This document shows positions 1 to 12,674 of a DNA stretch of 64,000 nucleotides, piece by piece; the stretch's first letter is position 1, and each line of letters begins with the position of its first letter. The translations under genes and the position numbers were made by a program. The notes beneath the pieces were generated by a model. That model did not search any database and had not been told where the DNA came from. It saw nothing but the letters and a program-made list of their open reading frames with translations. This stretch comes from Macrostomum lignano (taxonomy: Eukaryota), in the NCBI GenBank assembly GCA_002269645.1, contig NIVC01001356.1, forward strand, positions 124,001 to 188,000, written 5' to 3'.

Positions 1-225
1 CTACAGCACTAAATTATGAGATTTCCCAGGAAAGGAGAGATTTCCCAGGAAATTATGAAGTACTGAGATTTTCTAGGAAAAAATATTTTGGATGCCTTTT
101 TTGCTCATTTGCGCAAACTTGGTCACTTATACAACTTTCTGTGAATTTTCTTCACAATTTTTATTCAATGATAAAATTATTTTAAATATTTGTTAGCGTC
201 TTTCTAGGCGCCCATCTGACACAAA

Positions 226-543
226 AGAATGGATTGCTAATCTATAGAATGGATTGCTAATCTATAGAATGGATTGCTAATCTATAGAATGGATTGCTAA
301 TCTATAGAATGGATTGCTAATCTATAGAATGGATTGCTAATCTATAGAATGGATTGCTAATCTATAGAATGGATTGCTAATCTATAGAATGGATTGCTAA
401 TCTATAGAATGGATTGCTAATCTATAGAATGGATTGCTAATCTATAGAATGGATTGCTAATCTATAGACTGGATTGCTAATCTATAGACTGGATTGCTAA
501 TCTATAGAATGGATTGCTAGTCTATAGAATGGATTGCTAATCT
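226..543 (+). repeat. 20-bp minisatellite array 1 (GAATGGATTGCTAATCTATA)n
   Basis: About 16 near-perfect tandem copies read directly. The same monomer recurs at five other loci in the window. Confidence 0.95.
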
Positions 544-1787
544 GATGAAACCCAAAAGTAGCGCTCTCTTGACACTCAAATGTACTTAGAGAAACCGATT
601 ATTCCTTTTCAAAGCAGTCTTCAAAATTATCCAATTTTGTCTAAACCCGCAACAGACTGCCAAAAAAGACGTTAGTAAAGTATATGGCGTTTAAAAAGAC
701 CGCAGAAGGCCATATTACACAATACCAGCTATTATACGCAGTACATCTTATAAATGCTTGTAAGTCCGGAAAATTCAGACAAGCAGAAGCCGACCCCCCC
801 CCCCTCCCAACTCTCTCACCTGCATGCTTCCTCTTTTTCCTTTCTGTCCCGATAGAAATTTCCTTTATAAAGCCAAACAGCTCGTGGAGATGGCGAGAAG
901 GGGAGAGACAGAGAGGGAGGCAGGAAGAGTGGCCCTAGCTGCCGGCCCAGTGACTGTCACCTCACGTGTTGTTTTTCACAAGCCAACGGTGTGAAAATTG
1001 GTGTTGCAATTATAAAAAAATTCTATAATTAACAAGAAGAAACAGGCGCGCGTGACTCTCGCATCGCGAGCCTTGGTTCGATTCCACATGAATTTGGACT
1101 GTACATCCTGTTTGAGCGTGTGTACAGTATTGGCGCAATGAATGCGCAACACCCGGCCAGTATATCGCAAAAATGCCCACCTGAAAAATACGAAAGTATT
1201 ATTAATTAGATGACGAGGCATTTCACCTTAATAGTACAGTTATTATTACTCCTGCCGTTCACTCAAAATTACGTTAATTTTTGCGGTTTCTTTTATAGGT
1301 AAGTCGCATGGCCATTGTAAATCGGGTGGGTTGCGCATGTACGTGCTGGCGTGCTTGATTCCGCCCAGGAGTCAGGAGTCAGCGTAATGTGCAGAATTGC
1401 CATCAGCATTTATTTATTTAGTAACGTAGATCCGTAAAATCTAAAATTTGAAACTCTGTCTCCAATCAGCATATGCGGTTTAGCAGCTGTTTCCAATAAA
1501 TCATCTTTTTTGCTGGTTTGCGTTTCCATTTCTACGCCTAATTTGACCTTGTAATGCACTTTGCACAACTAGAACGCTTCTGTTCTGTCCGAATGGCCAT
1601 ATCTCTATACAATACCAATGCTTGTTGTGGAATTTAGAGCTTAGAAGGGCATGCATCATCCATGCATGGCTTAGAAGTTTTAGAAGCTTCGTGTATTTTA
1701 TAAGCTGGATTTTTCCTCGGCTAAGCCCGATACTCGTGACTTCATTTGAACTTGGTAACGTCAGTAAGTTCGACAATTTATAAGCTC

Positions 1788-2370
1788 GATAACTTCATTA
1801 AGCTCGATAACTTCATTAAGCTCGGTATTTTATAAGCTTGATAACTCCATTAAGCTCGATATTTTATAAGCTTGATAACTTCATTAAGCTCGGTATTTTA
1901 TAAGCTTGATAACTTCATTAAGCTCGATGTTTTATAAGCTTGATAACTTCATTAAGCTCGGTATTTTATAAGCTTGATAACTCCATTAAGCTCGATATTT
2001 TATAAGCTTGATAACTTCATTAAGCTCGGTATTTTATAAGCTTGATAACTCCATTAAGCTCGATATTTTATAAGCTTGATAACTTCATTAAGCTCGGTAT
2101 TTTATAAGCTTGATAACTTCATTAAGCTCGATGTTTTATAAGCTTGATAACTTCATTAAGCTCGGTATTTTATAGTTCGATATTTCATCAAGCTCGATAG
2201 TTTATAAGCTCAATTATTTCATTAAGCTCGATAGTTCATCAAGCTCGATAGTTTATAAGCTCAATTATTTCATTAAGCTCAATAACTTCATTACGTTCGA
2301 TAACCTCATTAAGCTCGATAGCTTCATTAAGCTCGATAACTTCATTAAACTCGATGTTTTATAAGCTCAT
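1788..2370. repeat. 34-bp minisatellite built from two related 17-mers (TTTTATAAGCTTGATAACTTCATTAAGCTCGGTA)
   Basis: The 34-bp period is seen from CTCG(G/A)TA at 1821, 1855 and 1889. It degenerates to 17-18-bp units after about 2170. Confidence 0.9.
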
Positions 2371-3115
2371 TTTTTACTTAGCCCAAAGTTATACATAATT
2401 GAAGACGTCAAAAATTATTTCCCTTGAAATTGACAATTTTATAAATTTAAAAGTTGCTAAACTTTGTTTTTATGCACATTCGTTCTAGCCGCTAACTAGT
2501 TTAAGTTTCAAAACGCACATATATGCCCATAGCAAACCTTAATACACTACAGTAGCTATATAAGCCTTTTTGATTTGCACTAGAAATATAAATGCATACA
2601 CACGTACATTTGTGCACAACTTTCAGATAAGGAAACTTCTTGAACATGTTATTACTTCCGTTGATAAGGGACTTTGAGAGTTTGCATTTAGAATTGCTCT
2701 TACTGCCCTTACCTATAGCAGCTAAATGTTTACATTGTCTACAGTTTGGGAAGAACGCTAGGAGGAACCAAATGTTTCTGACAGCTAGCGCTGACGTGGG
2801 TTTGAGTAGGGTACTCAGGAGTCAAGGTTCAGATAACGTAGCAAAGATAAATCACAAAACGCGAGCGAGTTCAGAGTCACCCCAGCCCACTCTGTTGACT
2901 TCCGAATTCAATCAGGTTAGTTAGCCGAGCTGTCACTTCTGAATCTTCCAAACTTCCTCAAACCTGTGGGAAAATTTGTTTGACTCCGTTGGGAAACCCT
3001 GACGTTACTGTAGGAGCTAGAATTGACTCATTTTATTGATTCAAGACTGGTTCTGTTCAAACACGATTGAGCTGCATTGCGTAGGAAAGTGATTGTTAAG
3101 CAACCAGATCAACAT

Positions 3116-3508
3116 ACTGGATTGCTAATCTATAGAATGGATTGCTAATCTATACAATGGATTGCTAATCTATAGAATGGATTGCTAATCTATAGAATGG
3201 ATTGCTAATCTATAGAATGGATTGCTGATCTATAGAATGGATTGCTAATCTATAGAATGGATTGCTGATCTATAGAATGGATTGCTAATCTATAGAATGG
3301 ATTGCTAATCTATGAAACAGATTGCTAATCTATAGAATGGATTGCTAATCTATACAATGGATTGCTAATCTATAGACTGGATTGCTAATCTATGAAACAG
3401 ATTGCTAATCTATAGAATGGATTGCTAATCTATACAATGGATTGCTAATCTATACAATGGATTGCTAATCTATAGACTGGATTGCTAGATTACTGGATTG
3501 CTAATCCA
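3116..3508 (+). repeat. 20-bp minisatellite array 2 (same family as 226-543)
   Basis: Tandem GAATGGATTGCTAATCTATA with variants. Confidence 0.95.
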
Positions 3509-4475
3509 TTGCATATGTATAATACTGTAAAAGTCAAAGCTTCATTAGACGCAATCTTCATATTCCAATGAGATTATCCAAATTAACGAGCTCCGCAATA
3601 ATGAGTAGATAAATGCAAAGTCACAAGCCTATTATAACTCCAGCAATAACTGAGCTTTTCAATTTCTAGTCAGGTTAAATGAGAACAGTTGATTTCCACT
3701 ATCAAGGTCACACACACAGTCACTTCACTCAGACCAAAAGCAAAAATGCAAATGCTAGAGAAAATAGTGTGTTAGTGCATGTTTTGCTTCCAGTAAGCAT
3801 TTGCCGTAAAACACAGACTCAGATATCGTGTTTCCCTGGTGTGTCCCTAATTGCTTTGACCTGTTGAATATTAACCTTAAATTAACGAAAATTTTAAGGT
3901 CAATTCGTGACTTTGTTAGCCCCGTAGTTGTTTAGCGGATTGCATAATAACCGACAAATTTCTAAATGTCTTTTTTCAACAAAGTTTCTATTTAAACAAA
4001 TTTTACGTTTTGACATTGACACCCCTGAAAAAAAGATTATTTTTCTTTTCTATCACTCAAAGACTTAAATTAGATATCTCTGTGACAGGTTATACCCGTC
4101 TTTATCAGATTAAAAGAGATTTTCAGATAACTGCAGAGTTAGAAGGCATCACGGAATGGATGACGCTTTTATAAAATTGGGGGCAAACAGAAGAAAAGAT
4201 GAGAAAGAGTGACTGAGGGGAGAAAACGGTTGATCAGTTATCAAATGTAGAAATCAAATTTTTGTCTTTTAAATTTGAAACCAAAATCGAAAATCAAGCA
4301 GAATATCTTTAACGGCTTTTTTAATGTGAGGCCTCCGAGGGAGAAAAATACGATGGGTAGTATAAGGGTTTTGGGATGAGGCATGGGGTGACAGCAAGGA
4401 CAGAGCGTGAGAAAAAAGGGAAGGAGACGGAGTTTGAAAAGAGAGTAAGTCAGCAGAGACATGGAAATTAGGAAA

Positions 4476-4594
4476 TGAGAGAGGAATGGAGAGAAAGAAG
4501 GAAAGGAAGGGAGAAAGAGAGGAAGAGGGAGAGAGAGAAAGGGAGAGAGAGAAAGAGAGAGAGAAAGGGAGAGAGAGAAAGAGAGAGAGAAAGG

Positions 4595-4646
<52 letters not shown>

Positions 4647-4689
4647 GAAAGGAAAGGGAGAGAGAGAGGGAGGGAGAAAGAGAGAAAGG

Positions 4690-4723
<34 letters not shown>

Positions 4724-4923
4724 AAGGAAAGGGAGAGAGAGAGAGAAAGGAAAGGGAGAGAGAGAGAAAGAGAGACAGGAAGGGAGAGAGAGAGAGGAAG
4801 GGAGAGAGAGAGAAAGAGAAAGGAAAGGGAGAGAGAGAGAAAGAGAGAGAGGAAAGGAGAGAGAGAGAGGAAGGGAGAGAGAGAAAAAGAGAGAGAGAAA
4901 GAGAGAGAGAAAGGGAGAGAGGA

Positions 4924-4978
<55 letters not shown>

Positions 4979-5033
4979 GGAGAGAGAGAGAAAGAGAGAG
5001 AGAGAAAGAGAGAGAGGAAGGGAGAGAGAGAGG
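4476..5033. repeat. (GA)n/purine-rich microsatellite
   Basis: Almost pure A/G tract. The ORFs over it are poly-ER or poly-SL artefacts. Confidence 0.95.
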
Positions 5034-6114
5034 ACTTTTGACTTGACTCAGCTGCAGGGGGCATCATCCGGCGGATGCAGCGAGGAGGCGGAGGAGACCG
5101 CCCATTCCGCTAGCCCCTGGCGACCAATGACTTCCGTCGAAGCGATGTCGCTCAGGGGGACCCGTCGGTCTCGCCCGGAGCGCGGTCCTCCTCACCGGCG
5201 GTGGGGAAGAACTCAGCTCGTCCCGTATCCCTGAGAGAGGAAGGGAGACAGTGAGATAGTTAGACAGATTGATAGAAGAGGAGTGCAAGTGAGATAGAGG
5301 TCACATGAAGGTCACAATGGAGTGCCGCGGCAGAGCAAAGACAAAAGCCAAGCAATCAGCACACTGGCAAACACGTCCAAACTCTCCTCACTTAGAGCAG
5401 AATAAGCTCTAGAAGCAGAAATTTGACTCGAAGAAGAAAAAAGAATTCTGTGTTTGAAGAGTAAAATAATGAGAAATGAGGCTGGGACTGGGACTGGGGT
5501 TCGATCCTTTCCGGAGGGTTCTCAAAGTTTGAGCGTGAGCCCAGACCCCGGCATATTACTATGGTCAGCCTTAATTCCCAAGGCGGGAAAACTTCCTCTT
5601 GGGTAGCGGCGAGATTATCCCCGTATCGACTGAAACTATCCATGTGTACAGTATTTTCACTAAGCAGTCTCACAGTTACTAAGAGTTAGTTTACTCACTC
5701 GCGCCATCTTCCTTTTTTGCTTCTTTTCGAAAACAAGTTATACGGGAGTACGGCTATGCTGACTTCTTTATCCAATGCCATGTGATTAGGGGCGCAGCCG
5801 GAGATCCCCTGCGGGTTGGGGGGTCTGAGATGGGATCCAAATCCTACGCAGTGCTTCAACCCCAGCAGCTCCAACCACAGATGATTATGCTGATGAAAGT
5901 GCATCGCATAGAGTTCGAAAATATTCTTGACTTCGAGTTGAGTTTCCGTTACTCAGCCAAGCGAGGATTAGCGAACGGGACGGGTGGCTTGTCTAGACTG
6001 TTGCTATGCGGTTGCCATGCAATCTTTTCGTTGGTTCCGGCTGCTGCAGCTGGCATTGCTGGGCTAGTGTGAGAACTGTTCTGCAATCTATCTGAAAGCC
6101 TATCTATGATATAA

Positions 6115-6430
6115 ATTGCTATAGAATGGATTGCTAATCTATAGAATGGATTGACAATCTATAGAATGGATTGCTAATCTATCGAATGGATTGCTAATCT
6201 ATAGAATGGATTTACAATCTATAGAATGGATTGCTAATCTATAGAATGGATTGCTAATCTATATAATGGATTGCTAATCTATAATCTATAGACTGGATTG
6301 CTAATCTATAGAATGGATTGCTAATCTATAGAATCGATTTCTAATCTATAGAATGGATTGCTAATCTATAGAATGGATTGCTAATCTATAGAATGGATTG
6401 CTAATCGATATACTGGATGGCTAATATATA
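6115..6430 (+). repeat. 20-bp minisatellite array 3
   Basis: Tandem GAATGGATTGCTAATCTATA copies. Confidence 0.95.
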
Positions 6431-6974
6431 GCATATGTATTATACAATGTATTTCGTACATCGAACGTTGCTTCATAACATCTGGTTTCCTACAAGTTCG
6501 CATACAAGCGTGTACTTGTATACTAATGCATCGTGTCAGCTTTATGACTCTCTAATGCGCAGTTCCATAAATTTGAAGCTTCGGTTCAATAGTATAGTAG
6601 TATGCTAGTAGCACAGCTAAAGTCCTCGGTCAATATACTACTCCCCATGACAAAAGGAATCCCGAGTGCACCAGGTGCGTCTTGCAGCTGTCAGACGCAT
6701 TGACTTGACTATCTGACACTCAAGTACTCATAAGTTGTTGAGTTTTGCTGCTAGGAGGATTACGGCTAGGGAAGTGTGTACAGTCCACGACGTGCCAAGT
6801 TTGTTAAACTTTTACTCTCTGTTACGCTGTTTCGTTCCAGTTCGTGAATTTATTCGTTTCAGACTTGTAGGGAAATTTTTGACAGATAAAATTTATTTAT
6901 TAGGTTACGGATGAGATTTTCTTTAGTAAAATTATTTTTTTGCTTGAGTTAAAATACCTTAAGGTAAAGACGAC

Positions 6975-7250
6975 GTGAGGAGAGGTAGAGAGGGCAATGG
7001 TAAAGAGGGGAGAGGTGGGGTGAAGAGGGAGAGGGAGACAGGGAGAGAGAGAGGGGGGGAGGGAGAGAGGAGGGAGGTAGAGAGGGAGGGGTAAAGAAGG
7101 GAGAGGTAGGGAAGGAAGAGGTAGATGGGGAGAGAGGGGAGAGGTAGAGAGAGGAGAGGTAGAGAGAGGAGAGAGAGGGGAGAGGTAGAGAGGAGAGGGG
7201 AGAGAGGGGAGAGGTAGAGAGTGAGAGAAGGGAGGGAAGAAGAGTGATAT
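6975..7250. repeat. purine-rich (GGAGA-type) low-complexity tract
   Basis: G/A-rich repeats such as GGAGAGGTAGAGA. Confidence 0.85.
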
Positions 7251-7764
7251 ATTAATGACAGACAGGCAGACTGGTTGATATTCCTGAAGTCAATATAAAA
7301 AATATTTGAGATGTGCTCAGAAACTTATCACGCTTTGCCAAATATATTTTCTATATTAGGGCAACCTTAAAGTATTTTCAATAATGCAAGTGCAGGACAG
7401 CCAATTCTCGTGAATAAGCTGTTGCAAAATTGTAATTCAAGTCTTCTTTATCAGCTCGTCAAGGGAGCGAATTTTTTTGGGCGTCTCGGCAAAAATCTTA
7501 TTTGGCCTCGAAAGAGAAGATTCGGTGGGAGAGAGGGAGAGAGGGAGAGAGAGGAAGAGACAACGAATTCGAACGATTGGAAACGACTCAAATTTCAGGC
7601 GTGGTGCTTCTTCCACCGATAAGCCAGTATTCCCATGCCTGGTGGTCACCAATAGCCTTTTTATTGCTTACCAAGTTATTTAAGTACACATGCCGAATGC
7701 TTCTGCTTCCGCGTTTCTCTCTTAAAACTAATGGAGAAGACATTTGAGAATGAGTACTACATGA

Positions 7765-8140
7765 CCTTCCTTCTTACCCTCTCTCCCTTCTCTCTACGTA
7801 CTCTACTCTCCCTCTACCCTCTCTTCCCTCACCCCTCTACCCTCTCTTCCTTCTCCCTCTACCCTCTCTTCCCTCTCCCCCTCCTTCTCCCCTCTTCCCA
7901 TTCCTTCTGCCCTCTCTCTACTCCCCATTCCTTCTACCCTTTCTCCCTACTCCCCATTCCTTCTATCCTTTCTCCCTTCTCTCCCCATTCCTTCTACCCT
8001 TTCTCCCTTCTCTCCCCATTCCTTCTACCCTTTCTCCCTTCTCTCCCCATTCCTTCTACCCTTTCTCCCTACTCCCCATTCCTTCTACCCTTTCTCCCTA
8101 CTCCCCATTCCTTCTACTCTCTCTCTCCCCCTCTACCCTC
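7765..8140. repeat. pyrimidine-rich minisatellite (about CTCCCCATTCCTTCTACCCTTTCTCCCT)
   Basis: Repeated C/T-rich unit of about 30 bp. Confidence 0.85.
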
Positions 8141-8580
8141 CATATGCCTTCTTCCCTGTATCTACTCCTCTCTGTCACTTTTTTCTTTCTCACTCTCGCA
8201 TGAATAGCGCGCTTCACTCAGTTAAACTGGCCCGCATCATTAAGCAGTTAGCAGTTTCTCTCTATACTTCTTCAACTTCACACCCGCCCTCACGGGTCTC
8301 TTTTGCAGCAACATCAATGCAGTGTAGCTGTTCTACTCAGAAAAATGCATTGAATCAGCAGTTTTTTACAGAGGTTTTATGAATGCTTTTCATCAACTTT
8401 AGAGGTTTATTAATAATGAATAGCACCGCTCTGAGAGTATGGATGCTAATTTTATGCTAATTTTATCGTAGAGGCGACGGGCTAGCAGAATTGGTTGTGT
8501 GAAAATGTTGGGAAGAAAACTAAGAATGATTCAGCATGAAGCCAAGATGGTAACTGAGACGGTCTTAGCGTCGTAGTGGC

Positions 8581-9340
8581 CTTGGTGTCTTAGTGTCTTG
8601 GTGTCTTGGTGTCTTAGTGTCTTGGTGTCTTGGTGTCTTAGTGTCTTAGTGTCTTGGTGTCTTAGTGTCTTGGTGTCTTGGTGTCTTGGTGTCTTAGTGT
8701 CTTGGTGTCTTGGTGTCTTAGTGTCTTAGTGTCTTGGTGTCTTAGTGTCTTGGTGTCTTGGTGTCTTAGTGTCTTAGTGTCTTGGTGTCTTGGTGTCTTA
8801 GTGTCTTAGTGTCTTAGTGTCTTAGTGTCTTGGTGTCTTGGTGTCTTAGTGTCTTAGTGTCTTAGTGTCTTAGTGTCTTGGTGTCTTGGTGTCTTGGTGT
8901 CTTGGTGTCTTGATGTCTTAGTGTCTTAGTGTCTTAGTGTCTTGGTGTCTTGGTGTCTTAGTGTCTTAGTGTCTTAGTGTCTTAGTGTCTTGGTGTCTTG
9001 GTGTCTTGGTGTCTTGATGTCTTGGTGTCTTGATGTCTTAGTGTCTTAGTGTCTTAGTGTCTTAGTGTCTTAGTGTCTTAGTGTCTTAGTGTCTTGGTGT
9101 CTTGGTGTCTTAGTGTCTTAGTGTCTTAGTGTCTTAGTGTCTTGGTGTCTTGGTGTCTTAGTGTCTTAGTGTCTTAGTGTCTTAGTGTCTTAGTGTCTTG
9201 GTGTCTTGGTGTCTTGGTGTCTTGATGTCTTGGTGTCTTGATGTCTTAGTGTCTTAGTGTCTTAATGTCTGTCTTAGTATCTTAATGTCTGTCTTAGTGT
9301 CGTAATGCCTAGGTGTGTCTGTGTATCTGTCTTAGTGTCT
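8581..9340. repeat. 8-bp minisatellite (GTGTCTTR)n
   Basis: About 85 copies of GTGTCTTG or GTGTCTTA, with a degenerate 3' end. Confidence 0.95.
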
Positions 9341-9879
9341 TAACATATTAGGTGTTTATCTTCGTGTCTGGGTGTGTGTGTGTTAGTATCATTGTGACTT
9401 TCGCATCTTAGTAGTTTGTGTTGCACAGTATCATTGCTGCAGATGAGAGCTATAATAATCTGTTCGCATGCGCTTCATATTTGAAGATTAATGCGTGTCA
9501 TTTATTTAGCCCGAAGTAGTCAGGCCATGCTGGCGCGGTCTTAGCCGAATAATTGAGAGGTCTGGCGCGATGTGTTCTGATTTTGCCTGGATTAGCCCTG
9601 TAAATAGAGAGAAGAAGAGTGTTGAACTTGGAAGGGGGGGTTGTTGGCGTGGGCTAGCGTCAGTGTCGATTTCTCTCGCTCGCACGCCTGTGACAAGGAG
9701 TTCTTAAACGAGAAATCTGGAGTGCCACTCCATAAAATTTGATCTCTTTAACAAGTATCAGTTCTTACCGAACTGAAGTTAACAGTCAGGAGGTCCTACA
9801 GCAGAAGTCGACAAGCTCCGGCCCTCGAGTTCTTTGAAACTTCTCACAATAGCAATTCGGCCAGTTTAAGATTTGTGTC

Positions 9880-11170
9880 TCTTCTCAGCTCTCTTCTCTT
9901 TTCTCATCTCTCTCCTCTTCTCTCCACTCTTTCCTATCCATTTTCTCCTCTCCTCTCTAGTTTCTCCCCTTCTCTCCTCTCTCCTCTCTTCTCTTCTCTC
10001 TCTCTCTTCTCTCATCTCTTTTCTCTCCTCTTTGTTCTCTCCTCTCTCTTCTCTCCTCTTTCTTCTCTCCTCTCTCTTCTCTCCATTCCTCTCCTCTCTT
10101 ATCTCTCTTTCTTCTCTCCTCTGTCTTCTCTACTTTTGTCTCCTCTCTCTTCTCTCCTCTCTCTTCTCTCTTCTCTCTTCTCTCCTCTCTCTTCTCTCTT
10201 CTCTCTTCTCTCCTCTCTCTTCTCTCCTTTCCTCTCCTCTCTTATCTCTCTTTCTTCTCTCCTCTGTCTTCTCTCCTTTTGTCTCCTCTCTTCTCTCTTC
10301 TCTCTTCTCTCTTCTCTCTTCTCTCTTCTCTCTTCTCTCTTCTCTCTTCTCTTTTCTCTCTTCTCTCTTCTCTCTTCTCTTTTCTCTCTTCTCTCTTCTC
10401 TCTATTCTTTTCTCTTTTCTCTCTTCTCTCTTCTCTTTTCTCTCTTCTCTCTTCTCTCTTCTCCCCTCTCCCTTCTCTCCTCTCCTTTCTCTCCTTTCTC
10501 TTCTCTCTTCTCTCTTCTCTCCCCTCCCTTCTCTCCTCTCCCTTCTCTCCTTTCTCTTCTATCTTTTCTCTTATCTCTTCTCTCCTCTCCCTTCTATCCT
10601 CTCTCTTCTCTCTTCTCTCTTCTCTCTTCTCTCCTCTCCCTTCTCTCCTCTCCCTTCTCTCCTCTCCCTTCTCTCCTTTCTCTCCTCTCTTCTCTCCTCT
10701 CCCTTCTCTCCTGTCCCTTCTCTCTCCTATCTCTTCTCTACAGTCTTTAATCTCCATTTTCTCTTCTCCTCTTTCTTCCTCTTCTCTCCTCTCTCTTCTC
10801 TCCTTTTGTCTCCTCTCTCTTCTCTCCTTTCTCTTCTCTCTCTTCTCTCCTTTCTCTTCTCTCTTCTCTCTTCTCTCTTCTCTCCTCTTCCTTCTCTCCT
10901 TTCTCTTCTCTTTTCTCTCTTCTCTCTTCTCTTCTCTCTCCTCTCCCTTCTCTCCTCTCCCTTTTCTTCTTTCTCTTCTCTCTTCTCTCTTCTCTCTTCT
11001 CTCCTCTTCCCTCTCCTTTCTCCTCTCTTCTCTCTTCTCTCTTCTCTCCTCTCCCTTCTCTCTTCTCTCTTCTCTCCTCTCCCTTCTCTCCTCTCTCTTC
11101 TCTACATTCTTTACTCTCTATTTTCTCTTCTCCTCTTTCTTCCTCTCCTCTCCTCTCTCCTTTCTCCTAT
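9880..11170. repeat. (CT/CTT)-rich polypyrimidine low-complexity tract
   Basis: About 1.3 kb of almost pure C/T. The overlapping poly-LS ORFs are artefacts. Confidence 0.95.
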
Positions 11171-12674
11171 CTCTCTTCTCTCCCTTACTCTGACCTGCAG
11201 TAATGCGCTAGGCTCTCTCAGACCCTTGGAGGTAAAAAAGTTTGTTGACCCTTGCTTTACAGTAAGAAGATAATTTAAATCCAGACTCTTATTGACGGGT
11301 CTCCTTGGCTAGAGAGAGAGAGAGAGAAAGGGGGTGAAGATATCGTAAAATCACGGTGCTTCGGCCAGATCGTATATGCATATACAGTATAGTAGTTTTC
11401 GGGGCTGTTAAGAGGCCGAGGGGTAGGGGGGAGCTGCAGTCTTCGGGAAAACAAGGAAGAGGGGTGAGGGGAGAAGGCGAGGAAAGAAGGGGGTGTCGGC
11501 GCTGGGTGCAGCACGCGAGAATGGCAGCCGCTGCCACCAGAAGCAGAAGCTAAGCATGCACACGCGCGGCTATTGCTAACCTTTTAGGCATGAGAGCTCC
11601 TGACAGGGACAAATTACCTTCTTGCGCAGATTTTTTTCAAGGCTTTTTACCTCCAATTTCCCTTGCTTGTTACTCCTGCAGTTGCTACCCGGTTGCAGCT
11701 GGATTCGTGTTGTCTGTTTTGCAACTGACCTCATTGTACTTTCTTATTGTGAATCAACAACCATGGCGTAGTCTGGTGTTCCTTCTTGATCATAAGCATA
11801 GGTTAGCATTCTCCGGCCCGCGAAGCCTCTCTATCCGGATCTCGGGTCCTTTAAAACTTCATAATGGCAACCCGGTCACGCTCCAGGTTTGTTATCTTCT
11901 CATATAACTTTTCTCAGTTCTTTCCTTTCTCTCCTCTCCTCTCAGCTCTCGATCCTCTCCTCTCCTCCTCTCTCCTCTATTGTTTCCTCTCTTCTCCTTT
12001 CCTTTCCTCTCGTCTAGGTTTCTACGGGCATCGCAAAAATGAAAAATAATTCAAGCTTTTTGCACTTCGCTTTAAGCTGTAGCTAGGATAGTTAAACAAC
12101 AAATGCCTTCTTCTCGTCGCACTTCTCTCCCACTTTCATCATCGGGCCTACAAAGACTTCAAACGAAAGCGAATCCGAAATCTTTGATAAATTCTTGCCA
12201 AGCAACTGAGGGCCATTCGATACACTTGAGGCAGGTCAAAGTGGCTCCACTATAAAGTATAGTTTGCTTACATAAGAATGCAAAAACTCACTGTTCGACA
12301 GAGCCACAGCAAATATGAAGGCCTGTCGCTTTTTTAGCTTCTGAAGTATCATAATTTCGAAACTGTGTGCGCAAGAGCAGAGCCTATAGCGACTGGCCTA
12401 GATGGCAAGAATTTGTTTGCAGAATTGCTTCATCTTCGTATATCCCCTGCATCCCAGTACAAAGCTATATAAAGCAGCGAGTTCGACTGCTAAACTGAAG
12501 CTTTCCATTCTTGTCTCGATCTGTCTGTCTGTCTGTCCTATTCTTCAGTTCGACGACCGCGCCTGACTTGTATATAATAAGCACAGTAAACAAAGCTGAT
12601 CCGGCAAAGCCTCACTTTTTACCCCTTCTAACATTGGCAGGCAAAAAAGCTGACTGTGTCGAATTTTACCAGCA

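Noticed and set aside
1075-1085. GGTTCGATTCC B-box motif (another at about 5497)
   Set aside because: No A box at a suitable distance and no cloverleaf could be folded.
9754-9768. AGTATCAGTTCTTAC resembling U2 snRNA AGTATCTGTTCTTAT
   Set aside because: Short imperfect match with no flanking similarity.
4468-11273. Long ORFs over GA/CT tracts (4468-5067, 7731-8207, 9873-11273 and others)
   Set aside because: They are poly-SL or poly-ER translations of microsatellites that lack stop codons by composition.
11521-11890. Two nearby short frames both encoding ATRSRS
   Set aside because: The DNA differs at most codons and the six-residue low-complexity match is best explained by chance.
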